From IMG/VR virus record IMGVR_UViG_3300017978_000305, positions 10,231-74,230 of that record: 64,000 bases of DNA. One strand, written 5' to 3'. The stretch is from a virus. Shown here in pieces: positions 57,928 to 64,000 of the stretch (position 1 is its first letter; every line of letters starts with the position of its first letter). A program made the position numbers and the translations under genes. The notes beneath the pieces are model-generated. The model was not told the DNA's origin and did no database searches. It was given only the letters and a program-made list of their open reading frames with translations.

Positions 57928-58155
57928 TTAATCTTTCTTTGATCTTACAAGCTCTTCAATTTGTGAAACAGAAGTATAGATTCTTCCATCCCTGTTAGCA
58001 ATACTTCTAAGTATGTCCAACACCTTGTCCTCACCTGCTCTAAACGCAGTTGATACTGCAGACATGTCGCTAGGTTTTGCACGTGCCATAGGAACGGAAT
58101 ATTCGAATTGCCCCAAATCAAATCCTAACTCATAGTCGATATCTGGTATGCTCAT
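57928..58155 (-). CDS. Hypothetical protein
   Basis: 75 aa, first gene after a minus-strand promoter. Confidence 0.5.
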   Translation of the reverse strand: MSIPDIDYELGFDLGQFEYSVPMARAKPSDMSAVSTAFRAGEDKVLDILRSIANRDGRIYTSVSQIEELVRSKKD

Positions 58156-58161
58156 AATAGA

Positions 58162-58190
58162 AGTATACAGATTTTATGGATTGTTGTCAA
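58162..58190 (-). promoter_or_regulatory. Sigma-A/70-type promoter driving groES-Nmad1-thyX-tRNAs
   Basis: Minus strand TTGACA-17 nt-TATACT. Confidence 0.7.
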
Positions 58191-58408
58191 GCAACTAGGG
58201 CATTAATCTTGTCTGGCTGAAAGCCAGCCCAAGCATCAGATTCAGTGATTACTACTGGGGCAGATTTAAATCCCATAGACAAGATCATCTCAAGAGCAGC
58301 CTCATCTTCGGTAATGTCAACCGTATCGTAATCAATCTCTAGCTTGTTCAGCATTCTTTTAGTCATGTCGCACTGAACACAGGCAGGCTTTACATATACA
58401 GTTGTCAT
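58187..58408 (-). CDS. nrdH: NrdH glutaredoxin-like redoxin
   Basis: 'KPACVQC', 'SAPVV', 'WAGFQPD'. Confidence 0.93.
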   Translation of the reverse strand: MTTVYVKPACVQCDMTKRMLNKLEIDYDTVDITEDEAALEMILSMGFKSAPVVITESDAWAGFQPDKINALVA

Positions 58409-58464
58409 ACAGCTCCTTCTATTTGTGTATCTATTATAGTAATGTATTTGAGATTAGTCAATGG

Positions 58465-59124
58465 CTAGGACAAAAAAGATGCTATTGCAATCTTGGTGCC
58501 AGAAACAACTGCCTCAGCAGAATGGTTATATACATAGTTAGATGGGAACACTATGAGCGAGTTGGCCTTAGGCTTAATCTTCAAGCCAAACCTATGGAAT
58601 GTTATCTCCCCACCCTCGTAATCGTCATTGAGATAGTAGACAACTGAAACAGTTCTTGGTATACCTGGGACGGAATCAATGTGGTCATCAAAGAAATGTC
58701 CAGCACCATACTTCAAAAGCTCTAGCCTTGAGTGCCAAGTCATATAGTTAATCTTATGACGATCAAGGTAATCGTTTTCAATCTTATCAAACATTGGCTT
58801 AATCGCATCGTATATCCTTAAATACCTAATGCTTGATGGGTCTGAGTCTACAAGGGACTGGACCTCTTCCCTCAGATATGGCATTGCTATTGAGAAACAG
58901 TCTCTAATATCTTTGTTTAACTTAGCAGAAGTGTTATTGATTTCTTCGCTAGGGTCTCTGTTAGATGATATCAAGCCTGGATACCACTGCAAGTCATCAG
59001 CAAACACTAGTTCATTAAGATACTCTATATTCTCATGAGCGTTTTCATATACGAGTATGCCTGGGGCTAACTGTATGGGCTGATTAATATCTTCCATTGC
59101 AAGACTTTCTTTGTAGTTGTTCAA
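58465..59124 (-). CDS. Prolyl-4-hydroxylase-like 2OG-Fe(II) oxygenase
   Basis: 'DHID', 'YYLNDDYEGGE', 'YNHSA...GTK'. Confidence 0.85.
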   Translation of the reverse strand: MNNYKESLAMEDINQPIQLAPGILVYENAHENIEYLNELVFADDLQWYPGLISSNRDPSEEINNTSAKLNKDIRDCFSIAMPYLREEVQSLVDSDPSSIRYLRIYDAIKPMFDKIENDYLDRHKINYMTWHSRLELLKYGAGHFFDDHIDSVPGIPRTVSVVYYLNDDYEGGEITFHRFGLKIKPKANSLIVFPSNYVYNHSAEAVVSGTKIAIASFLS

Positions 59125-59632
59125 ATAACATTATAGCATCAGCAAAATTTATATTAGAGCAGGCCTCGACAGCCTTTGAATAATTGTTGGATGATTTGCT
59201 TGATGAAAGGTGCTCAAGATTAACCATATCTTTTTGATTAACATTAGTATTTATAAACTTTGCAGGGGCAATACCAAAGAGATCCAGAATGCTTGCCAAA
59301 GTGTCTGCTGGATTACTAACTAAATTGTCAAAGTCTACAACAATACTGCAATATTGATTAAAATATTTGTAGTTTTCCACATAATCTAACACCAGCTGCT
59401 CAGCAGTCTTTTCGTAATCTATTTCACTCCTGTATTCAGAAAGCATAGCAAGGTAGGAAACTATTGTGTCTTGTGGATTTCTAGCAATTGTGACTATTCT
59501 TTTGCTTTTGTCAAGCTCAGGAAGGTGCGTCTTGGTTACTTTTAGGGATGAGTTTTCTAACAAAAGATTGTTTAAAAAGAAAGATCCAGACCTAGGAAAG
59601 GTAACTAAAACTATTTCTGTTTCATCAAGCAA
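59084..59632 (-). CDS. Sulfotransferase-like protein 1
   Basis: 5'-PSB-like 'TFPRSGSFFL', 'KTH', 3'-PB-like 'ARNPQDTIVS'. Confidence 0.7.
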   Translation of the reverse strand: MLDETEIVLVTFPRSGSFFLNNLLLENSSLKVTKTHLPELDKSKRIVTIARNPQDTIVSYLAMLSEYRSEIDYEKTAEQLVLDYVENYKYFNQYCSIVVDFDNLVSNPADTLASILDLFGIAPAKFINTNVNQKDMVNLEHLSSSKSSNNYSKAVEACSNINFADAIMLFEQLQRKSCNGRY

Positions 59633-59766
59633 GGCATACCCTCTTCATTTAAATGCTTAAGATTGGGCAAGATCTCTCTGAATGTCATCCCAGATATCTT
59701 GTATCCGCATTGACAAGTATACACTATTGGGAGCATATACCATTATACCCGTGTTATAATAATGTA

Positions 59767-59943
59767 ATGATATGTCCAATTTGTAACCAGGCAGCCATGA
59801 GTCCTATTATCTACGGTTATCCAACCGAAGCGATGATTGATGAAGCTAGGCTAGATAGGGTTGTCCTAGGTGGACCGACAATTAAAGAGTTTACTCACTT
59901 TTGTCACTACTGCCAGGAAACTTTTCCTTTACCAGAAAATTAA
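59767..59943 (+). CDS. Small zinc-ribbon protein (CxxC-IxYGYP type) 1
   Basis: 'CPIC...IIYGYP...GG...HFCHYC'. Confidence 0.65.
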   Translation: MICPICNQAAMSPIIYGYPTEAMIDEARLDRVVLGGPTIKEFTHFCHYCQETFPLPEN

Positions 59944-60209
59944 TTAAAAAGATCTTTAAGTTGATCTTTTGATGCGTGTCCAGATACTGAACCAGTTATC
60001 TTGCCATCTACGAATGCTATAAAGAATGGTGTTTCTGTTGGTGGCCTAGAGGATATAAGCATCCTTACTAGCCACGGCTCTTCGCTGTTGCTAATTTGAG
60101 TGTAGCTAATTTCTGGGTCTTCAGAAATAAGCTCGTTTATCAGTGGTACATCAGAATCTAGTTCTTCAATAGGACCATCCACAATCTTAATGATCTCTTT
60201 TTGTGTCAT
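59940..60209 (-). CDS. Cysteine-free thioredoxin-like protein
   Basis: 'TETPFFIAFVDGK..GS..G' Trx C-terminal pattern; no Cys in the sequence. Confidence 0.5.
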   Translation of the reverse strand: MTQKEIIKIVDGPIEELDSDVPLINELISEDPEISYTQISNSEEPWLVRMLISSRPPTETPFFIAFVDGKITGSVSGHASKDQLKDLFN

Positions 60210-60255
60210 ACTTTTATTATACAGGTAATTATACTTTGTAGTGTAAAATTATACT

Positions 60256-60453
60256 ATGATATCAAAGAAATGTATAAAATGCAATAGGGAAATGATACGA
60301 ATAGTCTATGGATATCCAGCTCCAGAATTTGAAAACATTTCTAAAGACTTAGGCATGGCCATGGGTGGGTGTCAGCCAGGACCAATAACTCATTTCTGTA
60401 AAATCTGTAAGATATCTTGGTCATCAGACATGGGGTTTGACAACTACAACTAA
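60256..60453 (+). CDS. Small zinc-ribbon protein (CxxC-IxYGYP type) 2
   Basis: 'CIKC...IVYGYP...GGC...HFCKIC'. Confidence 0.65.
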   Translation: MISKKCIKCNREMIRIVYGYPAPEFENISKDLGMAMGGCQPGPITHFCKICKISWSSDMGFDNYN

Positions 60454-61001
60454 ATCGTTGTCTCTAAAACTTTGTGGTAAACCTTTAATGCAGCAGAAAG
60501 ATCTACCCCATCTACTGCTGCATCTAGGAGGCCAACGTACTCTGAGTCCCTAGAAGTTGCTGTGAAATCTTCTCGGCTACGTGCTGGGGTAGGATTAAAG
60601 TGATAACTCTTATGCCCAAATAGATCGCCCAGCTTGGTACATACAGATACCACGTCAGAGACAACCTCATCAAAGTCGCAGACTGGAACCCTTTCTATAT
60701 TTTCATTTGTATAAAAAGATATATAGTCATTGGCATACTGCTCCATTGTTCTTGCTAAGAACAGCACCTTGTCAGTATCATTATTAAAACTATCTGGAAA
60801 GTTAGTCACTACTTTTGACAAAGATAGCAGGGCCATGGATGAGAGGGCATTTTCTGGATTTCTAATAATAGAAAAAGAGTGTGGCTTAGACAGGACATTC
60901 ACGTCATGACTATGCTGAACAACCTTCTTAATGTGTTCGCTATAGTTCTTAACCAGATAGTTTCCACCAGATCTTGGAAAGTAAGAGCAGTAAACCAGCA
61001 T
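60450..61001 (-). CDS. Sulfotransferase-like protein 2
   Basis: 'YFPRSGGNYL', 'HSH', 'IRNPENALSS'. Confidence 0.68.
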   Translation of the reverse strand: MLVYCSYFPRSGGNYLVKNYSEHIKKVVQHSHDVNVLSKPHSFSIIRNPENALSSMALLSLSKVVTNFPDSFNNDTDKVLFLARTMEQYANDYISFYTNENIERVPVCDFDEVVSDVVSVCTKLGDLFGHKSYHFNPTPARSREDFTATSRDSEYVGLLDAAVDGVDLSAALKVYHKVLETTI

Positions 61002-61139
61002 TACTTCCTATACTCTGTCTCTACAAGCTTCATTATCTCAGCACCAGTTATCTGGACTACAAGATCCCCATAGTCAATGATGTAGGTGTTCTCAGGAGAC
61101 AAGAAGTATTTAAACTTTGATGTCGATGGCTTATCCATT

Positions 61140-61253
61140 TTAGGCTGATACGAGTCTACGCTTTACTGGGTCAAAGACCTTAGGGCTTTTCTTAGAAGCC
61201 TTGCCATTGTTACGCTGGGAGTTTCGATCTCCCTTGCCCTTTTTAACTGCCAT
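61140..61253 (-). CDS. Small basic peptide (37 aa, not in the ORF track)
   Basis: GGAG RBS; MAVKKGKGDRNSQRNNGKASKKSPKVFDPVKRRLVSA. Confidence 0.5.
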   Translation of the reverse strand: MAVKKGKGDRNSQRNNGKASKKSPKVFDPVKRRLVSA

Positions 61254-61255
61254 GA

Positions 61256-61474
61256 TTACTCCTCTTCTCTATAGTTTTCTGCTAACTTTACCCATTCGTT
61301 CTTGGTAAAGATAGAAGGTGGTTGTGTTTTATCCCATGGCTCAACGATTAGTTCGCCGCCATTCTTCCAAACAACAAAGTTATAGTCTCCCTCACGTGGC
61401 TTGTTCTCAGCCATACGCTTCTTCCATAGGGTGTGCCACTTGGCATTCTTAATATCAGTATTAATCTTATTCAT
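61256..61474 (-). CDS. Hypothetical protein
   Basis: 72 aa coupled ORF. Confidence 0.5.
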   Translation of the reverse strand: MNKINTDIKNAKWHTLWKKRMAENKPREGDYNFVVWKNGGELIVEPWDKTQPPSIFTKNEWVKLAENYREEE

Positions 61475-61869
61475 AATTTAATCAAGTACCTAACTGAATC
61501 TACATACCCAGCCTTGATAGCGTTCTTTAGCATCTTGTAAGATGAGCTGCCATGCTTTGGTAGTTCTGAAAAGTATACCACGAAATGAACGTCAGGATAT
61601 TCTGCTTTAATCAATGCACCGTTAGCAATAGCCTTCTTTACATTGTCTGTACGCCTTGCACCTGGACGCTTACTTCCGCCACTCTCTCCACCCTTAGCCT
61701 CAATATAAAACTGTCTTCCAACCATGTCTTTGTATGCGAAGTCAGCCTCAACGCCAACATCTTGTAGCACAACATGCTTCTCAATCTTTTTAATGCCAGT
61801 ACGTGATAGATCTTCTAGGACCATATCCTCAAAGAGGTCACCAGACTTCTTGCTTTCTGCTTGAAACAT
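61471..61869 (-). CDS. PD-(D/E)XK restriction-endonuclease-like protein
   Basis: 'GDLFE...EADF...YIEAKG'. Confidence 0.7.
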   Translation of the reverse strand: MFQAESKKSGDLFEDMVLEDLSRTGIKKIEKHVVLQDVGVEADFAYKDMVGRQFYIEAKGGESGGSKRPGARRTDNVKKAIANGALIKAEYPDVHFVVYFSELPKHGSSSYKMLKNAIKAGYVDSVRYLIKL

Positions 61870-61893
61870 TGTTTCCTTTCAACGAACTGTAAT

Positions 61894-61931
61894 ATTTTGA
61901 CATTGACATTGATGTTTGTCAAGTATATAAT
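61894..61931. promoter_or_regulatory. Overlapping divergent promoters
   Basis: Plus strand TTGACA(61903)-17 nt-TATAAT(61926); minus strand TTGACA(61922-61917)-17 nt-CAAAAT; extra TTGACA at 61897. Confidence 0.65.
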
Positions 61932-61937
61932 TTTGTT

Positions 61938-62048
61938 ATGGCAAAAGGTGACGGAAGATTTGGATGGTGCTTTACAAATGAGCACGATCGCTGTATAATT
62001 GTAACATCACAAGAGATAAGGTGCACCTGTACATGTCACAGTTCGTAA
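61938..62048 (+). CDS. Small Cys/His peptide (36 aa)
   Basis: MAKGDGRFGWCFTNEHDRCIIVTSQEIRCTCTCHSS, first ORF after the promoter. Confidence 0.5.
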   Translation: MAKGDGRFGWCFTNEHDRCIIVTSQEIRCTCTCHSS

Positions 62049-62248
62049 TGGCTAAGCGTGATACGTTTATTAATCTTATGAAAGATATGGATGTTGAGAC
62101 TGCAATACCTCAGGGTAGCTACATGTTTCTCATTACATCAAATCATCAAACTAAATATCTGGAGCCAGACGAGATTTGTGTTTATACCCCAGAACATGGC
62201 CTAAATTACACATACAAGGGGGACTGGGAGCACTATGATTCGTTTTAA
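62048..62248 (+). CDS. Hypothetical protein
   Basis: TAATG-coupled ATG at 62048. Confidence 0.5.
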   Translation: MAKRDTFINLMKDMDVETAIPQGSYMFLITSNHQTKYLEPDEICVYTPEHGLNYTYKGDWEHYDSF

Positions 62249-62387
62249 ATATTATGATGACGCACAGACCCTAGGTCTGAAGTATGTGTTTGGCTTCAAC
62301 ATATATGGCAATCACAACGGCAGACCAACTATTGATTTTATTATTGGTAAGCATGTATTTGTATTGTTTTGGGACAGGAGAAAGTAA
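62235..62387 (+). CDS. Hypothetical protein (50 aa)
   Basis: GGAG RBS, overlapping coupling. Confidence 0.45.
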   Translation: MIRFKYYDDAQTLGLKYVFGFNIYGNHNGRPTIDFIIGKHVFVLFWDRRK

Positions 62388-62623
62388 TGCCATTGCATAT
62401 AGACATTAAAGTAAATGATAAATTAATTAATCAGCTACACATTGGTAGGACCAAGGGTGGCACAGCTGATGATGACATCAATGAGTATCTTATCGTAGAT
62501 GGAGAAGCTCCTACACGCTGGGAAGACTGGTACATTGATGGCATCCCATTTACCCATCGTTATGGAGATGGTGCAGAGATTTGTGTTATGAAAGGCATGC
62601 AGGCATTGTATGGGGCTAACTGA
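62387..62623 (+). CDS. Hypothetical protein
   Basis: AGGAG RBS, TAATG coupling. Confidence 0.55.
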   Translation: MPLHIDIKVNDKLINQLHIGRTKGGTADDDINEYLIVDGEAPTRWEDWYIDGIPFTHRYGDGAEICVMKGMQALYGAN

Positions 62624-62789
62624 CTACACCATTAGTGATAAGAAATACTGGCAAGCTGGCAGAGACTATGAAAATAAACGCATTATCCAGCTACTAGAAG
62701 GCTTGGCTTACAAAGACGAGAAAGGCCATGAAATGATTAGCGAGTTCAAAGACGACTTAATCAGAGCAATCGAAGGAGAGCAGAAGTGA
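62610..62789 (+). CDS. Hypothetical protein ending GEQK (59 aa)
   Basis: MGLTDYTISDKKYWQAG...IRAIEGEQK. Confidence 0.5.
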   Translation: MGLTDYTISDKKYWQAGRDYENKRIIQLLEGLAYKDEKGHEMISEFKDDLIRAIEGEQK

Positions 62790-62935
62790 GTGACAAAGAC
62801 AAGGCAGTAGCTGATGCTATCAGAATGCTGGTAAATGCAGGGTATGAAGTCATGTATGAAGAAGCTCCTATTGGTAGAGCTGGAACTGGTATTCACCTAC
62901 ACCTGCTAGATGAGCTAGACGGAGAGCAGAAATGA
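62786..62935 (+). CDS. Hypothetical protein ending GEQK (49 aa)
   Basis: GTGA overlap; MSDKDKAVADAIRML...DELDGEQK. Confidence 0.5.
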   Translation: MSDKDKAVADAIRMLVNAGYEVMYEEAPIGRAGTGIHLHLLDELDGEQK

Positions 62936-63024
62936 GTCTACAAAATATTCTTGACATCATGCAGAGTAGTCTGATAGTATTACTTGCAGTAAATATTTAT
63001 ATACTTAGCAAAAGGCAAAAATGA
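62932..63024 (+). CDS. 30-aa single-TM peptide
   Basis: ATGA overlaps at both ends; MSLQNILDIMQSSLIVLLAVNIYILSKRQK. Confidence 0.45.
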   Translation: MSLQNILDIMQSSLIVLLAVNIYILSKRQK

Positions 63025-63455
63025 CTGAGATGATTGGATACTACCAAGAAGATGAGATTAAGAATCTATTCATTGGTAGGAAAGTTGTAAAGGCTGAGGG
63101 TTCTGATCTTACCCTGGACGATGGCACTATCCTACAGATTATTCCTAATGATGGTGGATGTAGCTGTGGTGCTGGTGACTACTATCTGGATAACATTAGC
63201 AAGTTTGACAATGTTATTACAAATGTAGAGATTAAGGATACTAGCGGTGAAGCAGGTACTTGGGATGAAGACGCTCACACATACCAGATATTCGTATATT
63301 CTGGCGGTATTTCAACATCAATAGCTGATATCAAGGGTGATGATGGTAACGGATACTATGGTACTGGGTTTGATATTTATGTAAAGTACCGTCCAGAACC
63401 ACCAAAGCCAAGACCTGTAAACATTTTTGATGAGAGAAATTGGATAAAGCAGTGA
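63021..63455 (+). CDS. Hypothetical protein (DUF7448-like)
   Basis: 'FIGRKVVK...LTLDDGT...GGCSCG'. Confidence 0.55.
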   Translation: MTEMIGYYQEDEIKNLFIGRKVVKAEGSDLTLDDGTILQIIPNDGGCSCGAGDYYLDNISKFDNVITNVEIKDTSGEAGTWDEDAHTYQIFVYSGGISTSIADIKGDDGNGYYGTGFDIYVKYRPEPPKPRPVNIFDERNWIKQ

Positions 63456-63823
63456 ACGAAATGCAACAAGAGATAGTCAGACTATCCAACATCTGGATGC
63501 GTTTTGTAGGTCAAGACCATCATAAAGATCGTGACTGCCACTGGTACATCCAAAAGTATTATTCCTATGGAGAGAAGCCTTACTATATGGCATGGCACCA
63601 CGGCTATATTGGTGATGATTTTGAGGGTAGCAAGTGCGTTACCCTGGAAGAAGCAGAGGAAGAGCTTCTTAATGCTATTAAGTTTCAAATCCACAAGGCA
63701 AAGAAGTGGGTGTCTCGTAATCTAGAGGAAGTCAAGGAACTTGAAGCAAAGGATGACGAGGAGCCATTCTTTGGTAGTTCTGAAGAGTATCAGCGTATGA
63801 TAGATATATTGAATGAGGCATAA
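63440..63823 (+). CDS. Hypothetical protein
   Basis: 127 aa, 'DHHKDRDCHW'. Confidence 0.55.
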   Translation: MDKAVNEMQQEIVRLSNIWMRFVGQDHHKDRDCHWYIQKYYSYGEKPYYMAWHHGYIGDDFEGSKCVTLEEAEEELLNAIKFQIHKAKKWVSRNLEEVKELEAKDDEEPFFGSSEEYQRMIDILNEA

Positions 63824-64000
63824 TGAGCTGGCAAGAAGATCTAAACACCAAGCGTCTCAGGACTAGAGGCTGGTATGGTTGTATTGCACCTGATGGCTGG
63901 CAAAAGATTGTAGAAGAAACAGATGCAATGCTTGCTCACATTGATCCAGAATATGAGATTCACCAAGTAAAAGAAAAGTATGGCACACTGAGGTATTACT
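63823..64000 (+). CDS. Hypothetical protein, truncated by the window edge
   Basis: TAATG coupling; open to 64000 ('QVKEKYGTLRYY'). Confidence 0.55.
   Translation, partial: MSWQEDLNTKRLRTRGWYGCIAPDGWQKIVEETDAMLAHIDPEYEIHQVKEKYGTLRYY

Noticed and set aside
62951-62980. Promoter TTGACA-18 nt-TAGTAT
   Set aside because: It lies inside a 30-aa ORF coupled by ATGA overlaps at both ends, so it is ambiguous and not called as a feature.

Overview
A 64-kb segment of a large tailed dsDNA phage (Caudoviricetes; long tape measure, so probably a siphovirus). The host is inferred to be an actinobacterium, probably a freshwater low-GC lineage, from WhiB, actinobacterial-type class Ib nrdIEF/nrdH, DnaE-type polymerase and an M23 lysin. 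Layout: tail module (1-11.5 kb; tape measure cut by the left edge); replication/recombination (helicase, primase, SSB, DnaE, RecA, Hjc-like, Cas4-like, RuvC-like; 11.5-24.9 kb); terminase small and large subunits (24.9-27.2 kb); a secreted Ig-like protein, nrdIEF, a lectin/adhesin-like protein, a holin-like gene and a subtilase (27.2-35.4 kb); a 1.25-kb non-coding island with 4 tRNAs, 2 aberrant tRNA-like genes and several strongly structured spacers (35.4-36.7 kb); and a long accessory region (36.7-61.9 kb). The accessory region holds an RsmI-like methylase, 2OG-Fe(II) oxygenases (7 in the window), a carbamoyltransferase, GT2-like, Stealth-like, SGNH-like and SAM-methyltransferase genes, an APS-kinase/HxGH fusion with two sulfotransferase-like genes, ThyX, Nmad1, GroES, a thermonuclease and 3 more tRNAs. 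Small translationally coupled genes fill 61.9-64 kb. No integrase, CRISPR array, intein or IS element was seen. Best leads: the tRNA-like/riboswitch-like RNA island; a possible miniature PAPS synthase with sulfotransferases inside a hydroxylation/carbamoylation/glycosylation toolkit; an ATT-initiated NIDO-like + SUEL-lectin + Pro/Thr stalk surface protein; and a C-terminal tag shared by the M23 lysin and a holin-like protein. All family assignments are by motif recognition from memory; no database searches or folding programs were run.
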